From NCBI RefSeq assembly GCF_006345805.1, contig NW_021829649.1:1-32516 (forward strand): 32,516 nt of DNA. Reading direction: 5' to 3'. Positions within the stretch are counted from its first letter, which is position 1; every line of letters starts with the position of its first letter. A program made the translations under genes and the position numbers. The notes under the pieces are model-generated. The model was not told the origin of the DNA. It worked only from the letters and a program-made list of their open reading frames with translations, and ran no database searches. Positions 10,924 through 22,292 of this stretch are shown one piece after another. Source of the stretch: Octopus sinensis. Lineage: Eukaryota.

Positions 10924-11087
10924 GATGGCTTCTGTTCTTCCTGTTTCCGTTTACCAAATCTACTCACAAGGCTTTGGTCGGCCCGAGCATATAGTAGAAA
11001 ACACTTGCCCAGGGTGCAACGCAGTGGGACTGAAACCGGGACCATGTGGTTGGTAAGCAAGCTTCTTACCACACAACCACTCCTGCA
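10598..11087 (-). mobile_element. SINE family B, near full length
   Basis: On the minus strand: head GGAGTGGTTGTGTGG..GGTTTCAGTCCC, an internal (TA)/(TG) tract, and the 3' module gtgctccagcatggccgcag..actgaaac. Confidence 0.88.
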
Positions 11088-11269
11088 CCTATATAATATT
11101 AATATGCTAATTTGCTTTTTGTACGTACTTGACGCGTGTGTCACGCTTAAGAGAAAGACATTTTGTTGCTGAAATAAAAAGTGTAATTTCTGGAAGAGAT
11201 TTGAAACCGCCCCCCTGTGTGTTGTATTACTACTTCTCAACGGCAATGCCTACTGGGCCACCGAAGCAG

Positions 11270-11534
11270 CAACCTATACGTGTTTCAGTTGCACAAGATC
11301 TTCTTGATTGTGTCGAGAACGGCGAAAACTTTGTGAAAACGGTCATAACGGGTGATGAATCGCGGGTCGATGGTTATGTCCGCGATACAAAGGCTCGGTC
11401 TTCGCAGTGGAAGACCCCAACTTCTCTGAGACTGAAGCAATGTGAAGACCCTGCTGACCGTTTTCTTCGACTACAAGGGGATTGTTCATCGTAAGTATGC
11501 TCCATCTGGCCAGACAGTAAACAAGGGGTACTAC
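11270..11534 (+). pseudogene. Mariner (DD34D) transposase fragment containing the first catalytic Asp, interrupted by a SINE
   Basis: Translates as ENFVKTVITGDESRVDGYVRDTKARSSQWKTPTS, then after a frameshift NVKTLLTVFFDYKGIVHRKYAPSGQTVNKGYYL. Confidence 0.88.
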
Positions 11535-12588
11535 CTATTTCTTTACTACCCACAAGGGGCTAAACATAGAGGGGACAAACAAGGACAGACATAAGTATTA
11601 AGTCGATTCATCGACCCCAGTGCGTACTGGTACTTAATTTATCGACCCCGAAAGGATGAAAGGCAAGTGGACCTCGGCGGAATTTGAACTCACAACGTAA
11701 CGACGGCAGACGAAATACCTATTTCTTTATTACCCACAAGGGGCTAACACAGAGGGACAAACAAGGACAGACCATACGTATTAAGTCGATTACATCGACC
11801 CCAGTGCGTAACTGGTACTTAATTTATCGACCCCGAAAGGACGAAAGGCAAGTGGACCTCGGCGGAATTTGAACTCACAAAACGTAACTGCAGACGAAAT
11901 CGGCTAACGCATTTCGGCCCGCGTGCTAAACGTTTCTGCCCCCTCGCCGCCCAAGGGGTACTACCGTTGACGTTTTGCAGCGTTTGTGGGATGCTATCTG
12001 TCGGAAAAAGGCCACAGTTGCATGCTTTCCGGTGAGTGGCAATTGCACCCTGACAACGCACCCGCCCACTCGACGGCAGCGAGCTGGCAGAAACGTTAGC
12101 AAGCCGGGCGAGATGCTTAGCAGTATTTCGTCTGCCGTTGCGTTCTGAGTTCAAATTCCGCCGGGGTCGACTTGGCCTTTCATCCTTTCGGAGTCGATTA
12201 AATAAGTACAGGTTACGCACTGGGGTCGATGTAATCGATTTAATGTCCTTGTTTGTCCCCTCTATGTTTAGCCCCTTGTGGGCAATAAAGAAATAAAAAC
12301 ATAACGGCAGACGAAATACGGCTACGCATTTCGCCTGGCGTGCCAACGTTTCTTATTTCTTTATTGCCCACAAGGGGCTAAACATAGAAGGGACAAACAA
12401 GGACAGACGAACGGATAAAGTCGATTGTATCGACCCCAGTGCGTAACTGGTACTTAATTTATCGACCCCGAAAGGATGAAAGGCAAAGTCGACCTCGGCG
12501 GAATTTGAACTCAGAACGTAGCGTCAGACAAAATACGGCTACGCATTTCGCCTGGCGTGCTAACGTTTCTGACAGCTTTCCGCCTTAA
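11535..12588. mobile_element. SINE family A cluster (tandem minus 11535-11950; plus 12076-12298; minus 12303-12588)
   Basis: Repeated family A motifs on both strands. Confidence 0.88.
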
Positions 12589-12843
12589 TAATAGTAATAC
12601 TATTTATTCGCTAATTTGCTTTTTGTACGTACCTGACGTGTGTGTCACGCTTAAGAGAAAGAAATAGCTGAAAGAAAATTTGTTGCTTAGATAAAAAGTG
12701 TCAACTAGATCTTTTGTAATTTCTGGAAGAGATTTGAAACCGCCTCCTGTGTGTTGTATAACTACTTCTCAACGGCAATGCCTACTGGGCCACCGAAGCA
12801 TAAAATTAAGATACTTAAATTTGACGGGAGAGAGGAAGTGAGT

Positions 12844-12879
<36 letters not shown>

Positions 12880-12980
12880 AAGGTAGAGAGACAGAGAGAG
12901 AGGAGAGGGGGTGACTGATAGGTATTTGAATTCTTTTCTACGATTGAACTGAAATTGACCCCTGGCTATTAAAGAACAAC

Positions 12981-13015
<35 letters not shown>

Positions 13016-13085
13016 ATTTGTTTTAGGTCTTTCTACCCATTTGAATTCGGTCATATACCCGATAACATTATTATCACTATTATTA

Positions 13086-13322
13086 CGGCGGCGGCGAGCC
13101 GGCAGAATCGTTAGCACGCCGGGCGAAATGAGTGGCAGTATTTCGTCTGACTTTATGTTCTGAGTTCAAATTCCGCCGAAGACGACTTTGCATTTTTTAT
13201 CCTTTCGAGGTCGATAAATTAAGTACCAGTTGCGTACTGGGATCGGTCTACTCAACTGGCCCACTCTCCCAAGATTTCAGGCCTTGTGCCTATAGTAAAA
13301 AGGATTATTATTATTATTATTT
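13086..13322 (+). mobile_element. SINE with a family A tRNA-like head, a different 3' end and an (ATT)n tail
   Basis: ggcgagccggcagaatcgttagcacgcc...gagttcaaattcc, then gccttgtgcctatagtaaaaaggattattatt. Confidence 0.8.
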
Positions 13323-13735
13323 ATGCCTTTGCACAGCTACTAACGCTGGATGTGTACTACAGTAACAGCTATTCACTATCAGTGATCTAAGGTAACACCT
13401 CTTATTTTTCGAGGAGCCTCCGGTGTATTCGAGAGGTTCCAGGTAGTGCAGTTTCGTGCAAGTACTCGAGCGTTATTGCAGCCCCTATCTGTTCCACGTA
13501 CTTCTCGACATTTTTGCTCACTGTTCCCAGGGCTCCGACAATTATTGGTATTTCATCGACCACAACTGCTTAACTTCCCAAGCTAACCTGTCATATCTCT
13601 CGACTTTTCTTTCTTCCTTATCGCATACCTTATTGTCAGCTGGGCCGGCTACATCTATGATCCAGTTTGTTTTCTTTCTCAATTAAGAGTACGACCGGCT
13701 TCCTATTCTCAGTCTCATAGTGGCATAAATTATTA
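13323..13735 (-). mobile_element. 3' fragment of an R4/Dong-type non-LTR retrotransposon (restriction-like endonuclease domain) ending in (AAT)n
   Basis: With two frameshifts it reads ENRKPVVLLIEKENK-WIIDVAGPADNKVCDKEERKVERYDRLAWEVKQLW-IPIIVGALGTVSKNVEKYVEQIGAAI...*. This fits the RLE pattern PD..D..KE..K..KY / GALG. A ~100-nt 3' UTR and a TAA tail follow. Confidence 0.82.
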
Positions 13736-13754
13736 TCATCATCATCATCATCAT

Positions 13755-13820
<66 letters not shown>

Positions 13821-13884
13821 AACTACTACTACTACTACTACTATAATTATAATAAAAATAATAATAATAATTATTATTATTATT
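13735..13884. repeat. (ATC)n(ACT)n(AAT/ATT)n compound microsatellite
   Basis: Seen directly in the sequence. Confidence 0.97.
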
Positions 13885-14794
13885 GAGTGAGAGAGCAGTG
13901 CATGCCATCAAAGTGACCCTGGGGTAAAATATACGAAGCCCAGTATACCCACAATGACTACCCATCTGATAAGGATACACCAGGCACATGCATCACAACC
14001 ATATGTGCGTGACATGGTGAATCTCATATCAAGATAAACAGCGCATGACCTTGCAGGTGGGGCCCAATTAGAATTTTCTTCTGGTCGAGTAGCCCATTCC
14101 ACTCAAAAGGTCCCTGAATAAGGGTTGTTTAAGGATGTTGAACGAAACACCCATGTTTCCAAAGGTGAATTATCCAAACCCCAAAGAATCCCTCTCAACA
14201 CATGGCTATGATGCTCCCCCACTACTTCTGCTCGTGATCAGAGGAGAGAGCAGTGCATGCCATCAAAGTGACCCTGGGGTAAAATATACGAAGCCCAATA
14301 TACCCATCATGACTACCCATCTGATAAGGATACACCAGGCACATGCATCACAACCATATGTGCGTGACATGGTGAATCTCATATCAAGATTAACAGCGCA
14401 TAACCCTGCAGGTGGGGCCCAATTAGAATTTTCTTCAGGTTGAGTAGCCCATCCCGCTCAAACGGTCCCTGAATAAGGGTTGCTTAAGAATGTTGAAAGA
14501 ACCACCCATGTTTCCATAGGTGAATTATTCAAACCCCAAAGAATCCCTCTCAACACATGGCTATGATGCTCCCCCACTACTTCTGCTCGTGATCAGAGAT
14601 GCACATATCGTCAGCCACTAAGGGACATGGTCAACTGGTTACGGTCAAACAACTGACAAGCAAATCTGTGGTATTGAGCAGAATATTTGCTGTGGGCCAT
14701 CTTTTATACCAAGACAAAACAATGTACATGATAACACTTCCAATCAGTTAAGATCAGAAGTCACGAGAGCCATTGTCTGGTACTGCATCAGGGC

Positions 14795-14797
<3 letters not shown>
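13885..14797. mobile_element. Non-coding repeat element with a ~355-bp internal direct duplication, flanked on both sides by (ATT)n
   Basis: About 13887-14241 is repeated at about 14243-14598. No convincing ORF. Confidence 0.75.
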
Positions 14798-14859
<62 letters not shown>

Positions 14860-14945
14860 GCTGGACCCGTGTAAAATTCACGGACTGTAAATTGTGTGCT
14901 GGTGCCATAAGAAATGTTTCTATATTGTGACAGCTAAAGGTAGAG

Positions 14946-15441
14946 AGTTGGCAGAATCGTTAGCACGCCGGGCGAAATGCTCAGCGGTGTTTCGTCTGTC
15001 TTTACTCTTGAGTTCAAATTCTGCCGAGGTCGACTTTACCTTTAATCCTTTCGGGGTCGATTAAATAAGTACCAGTTACGCACTGGGGTCGATGTAATCG
15101 ACTTAATCCGTCTGTATGTCCTTGTTTGTCCCTTCTGTGTTTAGCCCCTTGTGGGTAATTAAGAAATAAGAATGGCTAGCACGCCGGGCTAAACGCTCAG
15201 CGGTGTTTCGTCTGTCTTTACTCTTGAGTTCAAATTCTGCCGAGGTCGACTTTGCCTTTTATCCTTTCGGTTCCTCGCGCAACAATTCTCTCCTTCTACG
15301 CTGACACTGTCGTGCTACGCCCCTCATGCGAGCACGCCGGGCGAAATGCGTAGCCGTATTTCGTCTGTCGTTACGTTGTGAGTTCAAATTCACTGCTAAG
15401 CATTTCGCCCGGCGTGCTAACGTTTCTGCCAGCCCGCCGCC
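14946..15441. mobile_element. SINE family A copies and fragments
   Basis: Plus-strand copy at 14946-15170, partial duplicate at 15176-15272, head fragments in both orientations at 15330-15441. Confidence 0.82.
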
Positions 15442-15696
15442 TTCATTCTAAGTTATATTTCCTTAAAACTACCATCAGACGTTACGGTTTATTACCAGGC
15501 TACTTAGAGTGTAAAGTCACTATACTGATAATAAGGAAAACGAAGCATTTGAACATCCAAACTTTCCGCTTCGTTTATTCATAACTAGCACTATGACCCA
15601 GCAACGCCGAGTCATACTGCTACTGCATGCATATACAGCTCCGTGCGTGCGCACATACACGTGAGTACTGTCCAAATCTCCGACCAATCACATGGA

Positions 15697-16060
15697 TGGA
15701 AGCACTCCGTCGGTTACGATGACGAGGGTTCCGGTTGATCCGAATCAACGGAACAGCCTGCTCGTGAAATTAACGTACAGACACGTGTACCCTTAACGTA
15801 GTTCTCGGGGATATTCAGCGTGACACAGAGAGTGACAAGGCCGGCCCCTTGAAATACAGGTACAACAGAAACAGGAAGTAAGAGTGAGAGAAAGTTGTGG
15901 TGAAAGAGTACAGCAGGGATCACCACCATCCCCTGCCGGAGCCTCGTGGAACTTTAGGTGTTTTCGCTCAATAAACACTCACAACGCCCGGTCTGGGAAT
16001 CGAAACCGCAATCCTATGCCCGCGAGTCCGCTGCCCTAACCACTGGGCCATTGCGCCTCC
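15697..16060 (-). mobile_element. SINE family C
   Basis: Reverse complement of the 17662-18047 copy, with a small deletion. Confidence 0.9.
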
Positions 16061-16863
16061 ATTATTTGTGTATACACACACACACACACACATACGAGGG
16101 AGAGTCAGAAATTTTACCCACTCTTGTTTTTCCAATGTATTCACACAAAAACAGGGGACAAACAAGGAGGAATTACAACCGCGTTTCGTGGTCTGCTATC
16201 ACAACAGATCCTTTATAGGATCCAGTTAGCTCAAGACATCATCAGGAGGAACCACGTCCGGTTTCTGCCCCTACTCCTCTACCGTTTTGACGTGGTGGGG
16301 CACCCCCTTTCAGAGGTGTCTTCAGCTCTGGTGTTGGGTGCATGTCTTCTTTCTTCTTCTTTCTTCTGTTCCCTGGCCCCTTCGATGTATCGTCAGCGAG
16401 TGTCAGCCGGTGACTGACTGACTTGTCAAATTTTTCCCTTTAAATACCTGCCTGCTAGGCTCCAGCAGGCAGCCCCAGCAAGTTGTCACGTGATACTGTC
16501 TCACCATAACTGACTAGAGAAGGCGCATAGTTTTAGCCCGCGCTTTTTCCAAACGACCGTCACCTGTCAGTCAGCAAAGCTGATTCAGTCAGTTTGTCTC
16601 ACTTAATGATATTTCCCGCCGGCATGTTTATGACTTTCAAGCCATTTTCGGTCTTCCCGCTTCATCCATATACAGAAGCTGACAATGGATAAACAAGTAC
16701 ATTATTTTTTATATAGTTTCCTTCCTTTTCCATGCATTTGGTCCAGCGGTCTACAAGATTGCGTATTCCCTCCAAGAGGAAGGTTTTCGCTTGGTCGTGC
16801 AACCATTTATACCCCTGCACATCTTCATCCGTAGGAAATCGACATTGTAGACCATCTTTGAGC

Positions 16864-17314
16864 GGTCCAAAGATATGATAGTCGTTAAGGGGCGACATCT
16901 GGGCTGTAAGCAAGGTGTTCCAACACACCAAAACCCAATTGGTTAATGGTTTTCGGTCCAAAGATATGATAGTCGGAAGGGGTGACATCTGGACTGTAAG
17001 CAAAGTGTTCCAACACACCAAAACCCAATTGGTTAATGGTTTTCGGTCCAAAGATATGATAGTCGTTAAGGGGCGACATCTGGGCTGTAAGCAAGGTGTT
17101 CCAACACACCAAAACCCAATTGGTCAATGGTTTTCGGTCCAAAGATATGATAGTCGGAAGGGGCGACATCTGGGCTGTAAGCAAAGTGTTCCAACACACC
17201 AAAACCCAATTGGTTAATGGTTTTCGGTCCAAAGATATGATAGTCGGAAGGGGCGACATCTGGGCTGTAAGCAAAGTGTTCCAGCACACCAAAACCCAAT
17301 TGGTTAATGGTTTT
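16864..17314. repeat. Five tandem 90/91-bp units
   Basis: ggtccaaagatatg recurs at 16864, 16955, 17045, 17136 and 17226. Confidence 0.95.
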
Positions 17315-17661
17315 AACGGGCTGGGCGGTCGTGTGAGGCGTGCATTATCATGGAATATTAAAACTTTGACAATAGGTTTCGGCGTTTGGTGCGAATTGCT
17401 GGCTTCGGTTTGTTGGTCAGCAAAGCACTGTCTCCTACACTGTTTATCGGACACTCCTTTTCCGTGTAGTATTCCAGTATAGGCCCTTTTGGGTCCGATA
17501 ACCTTTAAACTTCTCGATCCACTTATACACATTTCTACGCAGTAGTGCACTGTCCTCGTATTGAGCTAAAAGCCTCCGCTAAATTTCGGCCCTTGACACA
17601 GCTCCTGACCAGTGAAATCAGATCACTGTTCTTTGTTCTTCTTTGGTGCACATTGCTAGTG

Positions 17662-18047
17662 TGGAGGCGCAATGGCCCAGTGGTTAGGGCAGCGGACTCG
17701 CGGTCGTAGGATCGCGGTTTCGATTCCCAGACCGGGAGTTGTGAGTGTTTATTGAGCGAAAAACACCTAAAAGCTCCACGAGGCTCCGGCAGGGGATGGT
17801 GGTGATGCCTGCTGCACTCTTTCACCACAACTTCCTCTCACTCTCACTCTTCCTGTTTCTGTTGTACCTGTATTTCAAGGGGCCGGCCTTGTCACTCTCT
17901 GTGTCACGCTGAATATCCCCGAGAACTACGTTAAGGGTGCACGTGTCTGTGGAGTGCTCAGCCACTTACACGTTAATTTCACGAGCAGGCTGTTCCGTTG
18001 ATTCGGATCAACCGGAACCCTCGTCGTCGTAACCGACGGAGTGCTTC
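17662..18047 (+). mobile_element. SINE family C, full length, with a 13-bp target-site duplication CACATTGCTAGTG
   Basis: Head GGAGGCGCAATGGCCCAGTGGTTAGG..GGTTTCGATTCCC (box A/B). The TSD lies at 17649-17661 and 18048-18060. Confidence 0.92.
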
Positions 18048-18244
18048 CACATTGCTAGTGGAGCGGTCATGCTTACACTGTATAGCCAGAGAAAAAAATG
18101 GTGCGATCAGGCTCAAACTTCGATCGCATGACCACAATAGTACCAACAATATGCGCGCATGTGCAGAAGGCAGTTTGAAATTAATAAAGATGTTATGGTG
18201 AAAGTGCGGATAATTTTTTTTTACTTCCCCTCGTGTGTGCGCGT

Positions 18245-18375
18245 TTTGATTTGCCTACACACACCACACACACACACACACACCACACACAACACAACAC
18301 ACCACACCACACACTCACACACACACCCTCCACACACACACACTCACACAACACACACTCACACACACACACACT

Positions 18376-18406
<31 letters not shown>

Positions 18407-18762
18407 CACACACAACACACTCACACCACACACATCACCACACATCACACACACACACACTCACACACACACACACCCAACTCACACATCACACCCACCA
18501 CACACACAACCCACTCACACACCACACTCACACACTACACACTCAACACACACCACACTCACACCACACACATACACACTCAAACACACACACACTCCAC
18601 ACACACACACTCACACCACACACACACACACTCACACACACCACACTCACACCCACACCACACACACACTCACACACACACCTCACAACACACACACACT
18701 CACACACACACACACTCACACACACACACTCACACACACACACTCACACACACATACACACT

Positions 18763-18801
<39 letters not shown>

Positions 18802-18822
18802 ACACTCAAACACACACACACA
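18245..18822. repeat. Degenerate (CA)n tract
   Basis: Seen directly in the sequence. Confidence 0.96.
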
Positions 18823-19317
18823 GACGAGTCGAATAATGTAATTACAAAATGCCAAACAAAATCCAGGCACTTTATTTTTATCGATTTCTTTATTTTATCG
18901 ATCTCTTTATTTTTATCAATCTTGTAAGCCGGTATAATCGACTAAAACTCAGTCTTTCAATTCTGTGCTACAGTATGGGCGTAGCACAATGAATGAAACC
19001 AGTAAAAGTATAAATGTAAAAAAAAAAAGCAACATTTAAAAAGAAAAGCAAAATAAAGCATTTTTTTCGTGAAAATTTGTACAAAATAACCATTTTAAGA
19101 AGAAAGACGAATGTTTCTGATAAATCTCGCCCTTCCCCTCAACAAACCCAAGCGAGAGTTTGCTGAGCTGCTAGTAATAGCAGTTAAACACTTTTCAAAT
19201 CACTTTTTTCCATCAAATTATTTTGTACAATTATAAAATAGGGGAAGCATGGCTGGATTCTGATTGGGCCATATATCTGTCCAATTAGAGTCCAGCTGAG
19301 TATTAAGCAACAATTTC

Positions 19318-19707
19318 GGATCTTTTCTGTTTGAACGGCAGTTTTTAACATAATTTCTAGGTAACTAAAAAAATTTAAACTTCGTATACTGGTAGAATGT
19401 GTTTATAAAACATCTTTTCCTCTTGGCTTTATTGAGAAAATTCCATAGTTTTTTTCTTCAATTTCTGCAATTTCAACCAATCACTGACGTCCATTGAGGT
19501 GAAAACATTCTGTGCCGTATGAATATGTCCCTCGTTTAAGAAACAGATTGGGTTTAGTTATATTTGTGAAGTAAAAAAGATACCTTCCCCCCACCCCTAA
19601 CCCTAAAATAGATTGAAATGCAATAGATCGATACTAGGGTCATAATTATGGGTGACAATTTCGTATGACACCACTAGAAAAAACTGTCGTTCAAACCGAA
19701 AAGATCC
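19318..19707. mobile_element. MITE with 29-bp TIRs and an 8-bp TSD (ACAATTTC)
   Basis: Left end ggatcttttctgtttgaacggcagttttt and right end aaaaactgtcgttcaaaccgaaaagatcc (2 mismatches). ACAATTTC lies at 19310-19317 and 19708-19715. Confidence 0.9.
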
Positions 19708-20132
19708 ACAATTTCTACAAATTTACAAAATATGTTTCTTTCTTTCTTTTTGCGTACCGCATAAACTGCACTTTTTTCTCTTTTAGTACAATATAAACTG
19801 CACTTTTTTTTTTGCCTACAAACTACTTTATTCTCGCTACTAATTCTTATCTATACTCACTCTCCATTACACATTCTACGTCAACAAACTTCGGTTCCAA
19901 GACTTGAGTTGTAGAGTTGGAACACGTTATCTTTGTAGAGCTCTTGTAGAACATGCAAGAAACGGTGTAGCGTTTTTGTAGAGTTGGAGCATGTAGGTGT
20001 AGTGTTTTCGTAAAATTTGAACGTTTTGCTGTTGGACTTTATGTAGAACTCCTGTATATATAGTGGAGAGTCTTGTAGGGTTTATGTATGCATATATTGT
20101 TGTAGGTATTTGTAGCAATTTTATGACTCTTT

Positions 20133-20668
20133 ACTCTTTTACTCTTATACTTGTTTCAGTCATTTGACTGCGGCCATGCTGGAGCACCGCCTTTTAGTCG
20201 AGCAAATCGACCCCGGGACTTATTCTTTTTGTAAGCCTAGTACTTATTCTATCGGTCCCTTTTACTTGTTTCAGTCATTTGACTGTGGCCATGCTGGAGC
20301 ACCGCCTTTTAGTCGAGCAAATCGACCCCGGGACTTATTCTTTTGTAAGCCCAGTACTTATTCTATCGGTCTCTTTTGCCGAACCGCTAGGTGACGGGGA
20401 CGTAAACACACCAGCATAGGTTGTCAAGCAATGCTAGGGGGACAAAAACAGACACACAAACATATACACACACACTTATATATATATATATATATATACA
20501 TATATACGACAGGCTTCTTTCAGTTTCCATCTACCAAATCCACTCACAAGGCATTGGTCGGCCGGGGCTATAGCAGAAGACACTTGCCCAAGATGCCACG
20601 CAGTGGGACTGAACCCGGAACCATGTGGTTGGTTAGCAAGCTACTTACCACACAGCCACTCCTGCGCC
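20133..20668 (-). mobile_element. SINE family B with a duplicated 3' module
   Basis: Family B head on the minus strand at about 20590-20668. The 3' module occurs twice between 20147 and 20380. Confidence 0.9.
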
Positions 20669-20713
20669 TATGTGTGTGTATATATTCAATATATTCAATA
20701 TATATACATATAT

Positions 20714-20867
20714 GTGACTGTGTGGTAAGTAGCTTGCTAATTTTCCACATGGTTCCGGGTTCAGTCCCACAGCGTGGCATCTTGGGCAAGTGTCTTCTGC
20801 TATAGCCTCAGGCCGACCAAAGCCTTGTGAGTGGATTTGGTAGACGGAAACTGAAAGAAACCCGTCC

Positions 20868-20900
<33 letters not shown>

Positions 20901-21116
20901 ATATGTTTGTGCGTCTGTGTTTGTCCCTCTAGCATTGCTTGGCAACCGATGCTGGTGTGTTTATGTCCCCGTCCCCTAGCGGTTCGGCAAAAATGACCGA
21001 TAGAATAAGTACTGGGCTTACAAAGAATAAGTCCCGGGGTCGATTTGCTCGACTAAAGGCGGTGCTCCAGCATGGCCGCAGTCAACTGACTGAAACAAGT
21101 AAAAGAGTAAAAAAGA

Positions 21117-21117
<1 letters not shown>
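20714..21117 (+). mobile_element. SINE family B
   Basis: gtgactgtgtggtaagtagcttgc...ggttcagtccc, ending in an (agtaaaag)n tail. Confidence 0.9.
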
Positions 21118-21162
<45 letters not shown>

Positions 21163-21326
21163 TGAGAGAGAGAGAAAAAGAAATAGAGAGACAGACAGAC
21201 AGTCTGAATCGCTACCTGCACTGTATTTAGCAGTAATAATATGGAAGAAGTCTTCGGTATTTGTAGACGTCATGTGGTTGGGACGGGTGAATGGCTTGTG
21301 CCGACCCTGCAGTGTGACATAACAGT

Positions 21327-21695
21327 GCGCGCGTGTGTGTGTGTGTGTGTATGTATGTGTGTGTGCGTGTGTGTGCGTGTGTGTGTATGTGTGTGTGCGT
21401 GTGCGTGTGTGTGTATGTGTGTGTGTGTGTGTGTATGTGTGTGCGTGTGTGTGTGTGCGTGTGTGCGTGTGCGTGTGTGTATGGGTGCGTGTGTATGTGT
21501 GTGTGCGTGTGTGTGTGTGTGCGTATGTGTGTGTGCGCGCGCGCGTGTGTGTATGTGTGTGTGTATGCGTGTGTGCGTGTGTGTGTATGTGTGCGTGCGT
21601 GTGTGTATGTGTGTGTGCGTGTGTGTGTATGTGTGTGTGCGTGTGTGTGTATGTGTGTGTGTGCGTGTGTGTGTATGTGTGTGTATGTGTGTGTG
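21327..21695. repeat. (TG)n/(TGCG)n tract
   Basis: Seen directly in the sequence. Confidence 0.96.
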
Positions 21696-22292
21696 AGTAG
21701 AAATGTACTCACACGCGCACACATGCACTCCTCGGTCTACGAAGAGCATATCTTTATGGCAATTCGAAAGACACTACCGACGGCTCAACGTTTGCAAACC
21801 CAGTCTTGCAACGACCGTAAAAGTCTCAACTCAAGAATGGACAACTATGTATTCTTCCCCATCACCAAAGGAAAAGAAAAAAACACTCTACAAAATCCAC
21901 AGAGTCTGAATCGAACCTATAAAAACTCTACAATTATTGTCGCTACGGAAATTTTACAAACAACCCAATGAATTCAATATTTGAGAGTGAAAAAACTCTT
22001 GCAGGCCCCCAACGAGGACTTCGTTTCTCACTTCCATCCACCACCAACGAACAGGATAAGACGTACAAAAACTCCCTCGGGCTCTGCAAATAAGCTCTGA
22101 CTCTAAAACTTCAACGTACAGCCCTGTACAAATAACAAAAGCAACAACAACAGCAACAACAATATAAATAACATATAAATATTTACAAAAAAAATAATAG
22201 CGATTAGCACTACAAACAATGCAAAGCTTATCACGACACATTCTACTAGTTTCTACAAACTCTACAAAATCTCTACATTCTCTACAAATCTC

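Larger units (their letters stand above)
16093..18233 (-). mobile_element. Decayed mariner element with transposase remnants, an internal 90/91-bp tandem array and a nested SINE
   Basis: The minus strand shows HDNAR, AYSPDVAPSDYHIFGP, and KWLHDQAKTFLLEGIRNLVDRWTKCMEKEGNYI. The ends are only loosely inverted (acgaggg..agt..aaa), so the outer boundaries are tentative. Confidence 0.72.

Noticed and set aside
14700-14797. CTGATG at the end of the TAA-flanked element as a possible hammerhead
   Set aside because: It reads CTGATGCA, with no downstream GAAA and no stem II/III that I can identify.
15584-15622. Small hairpin tagca-c-tatgac...gtcata-c-tgcta resembling a Helitron end (also 14857-14885)
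   Set aside because: Too short and degenerate, with no matching opposite end found.
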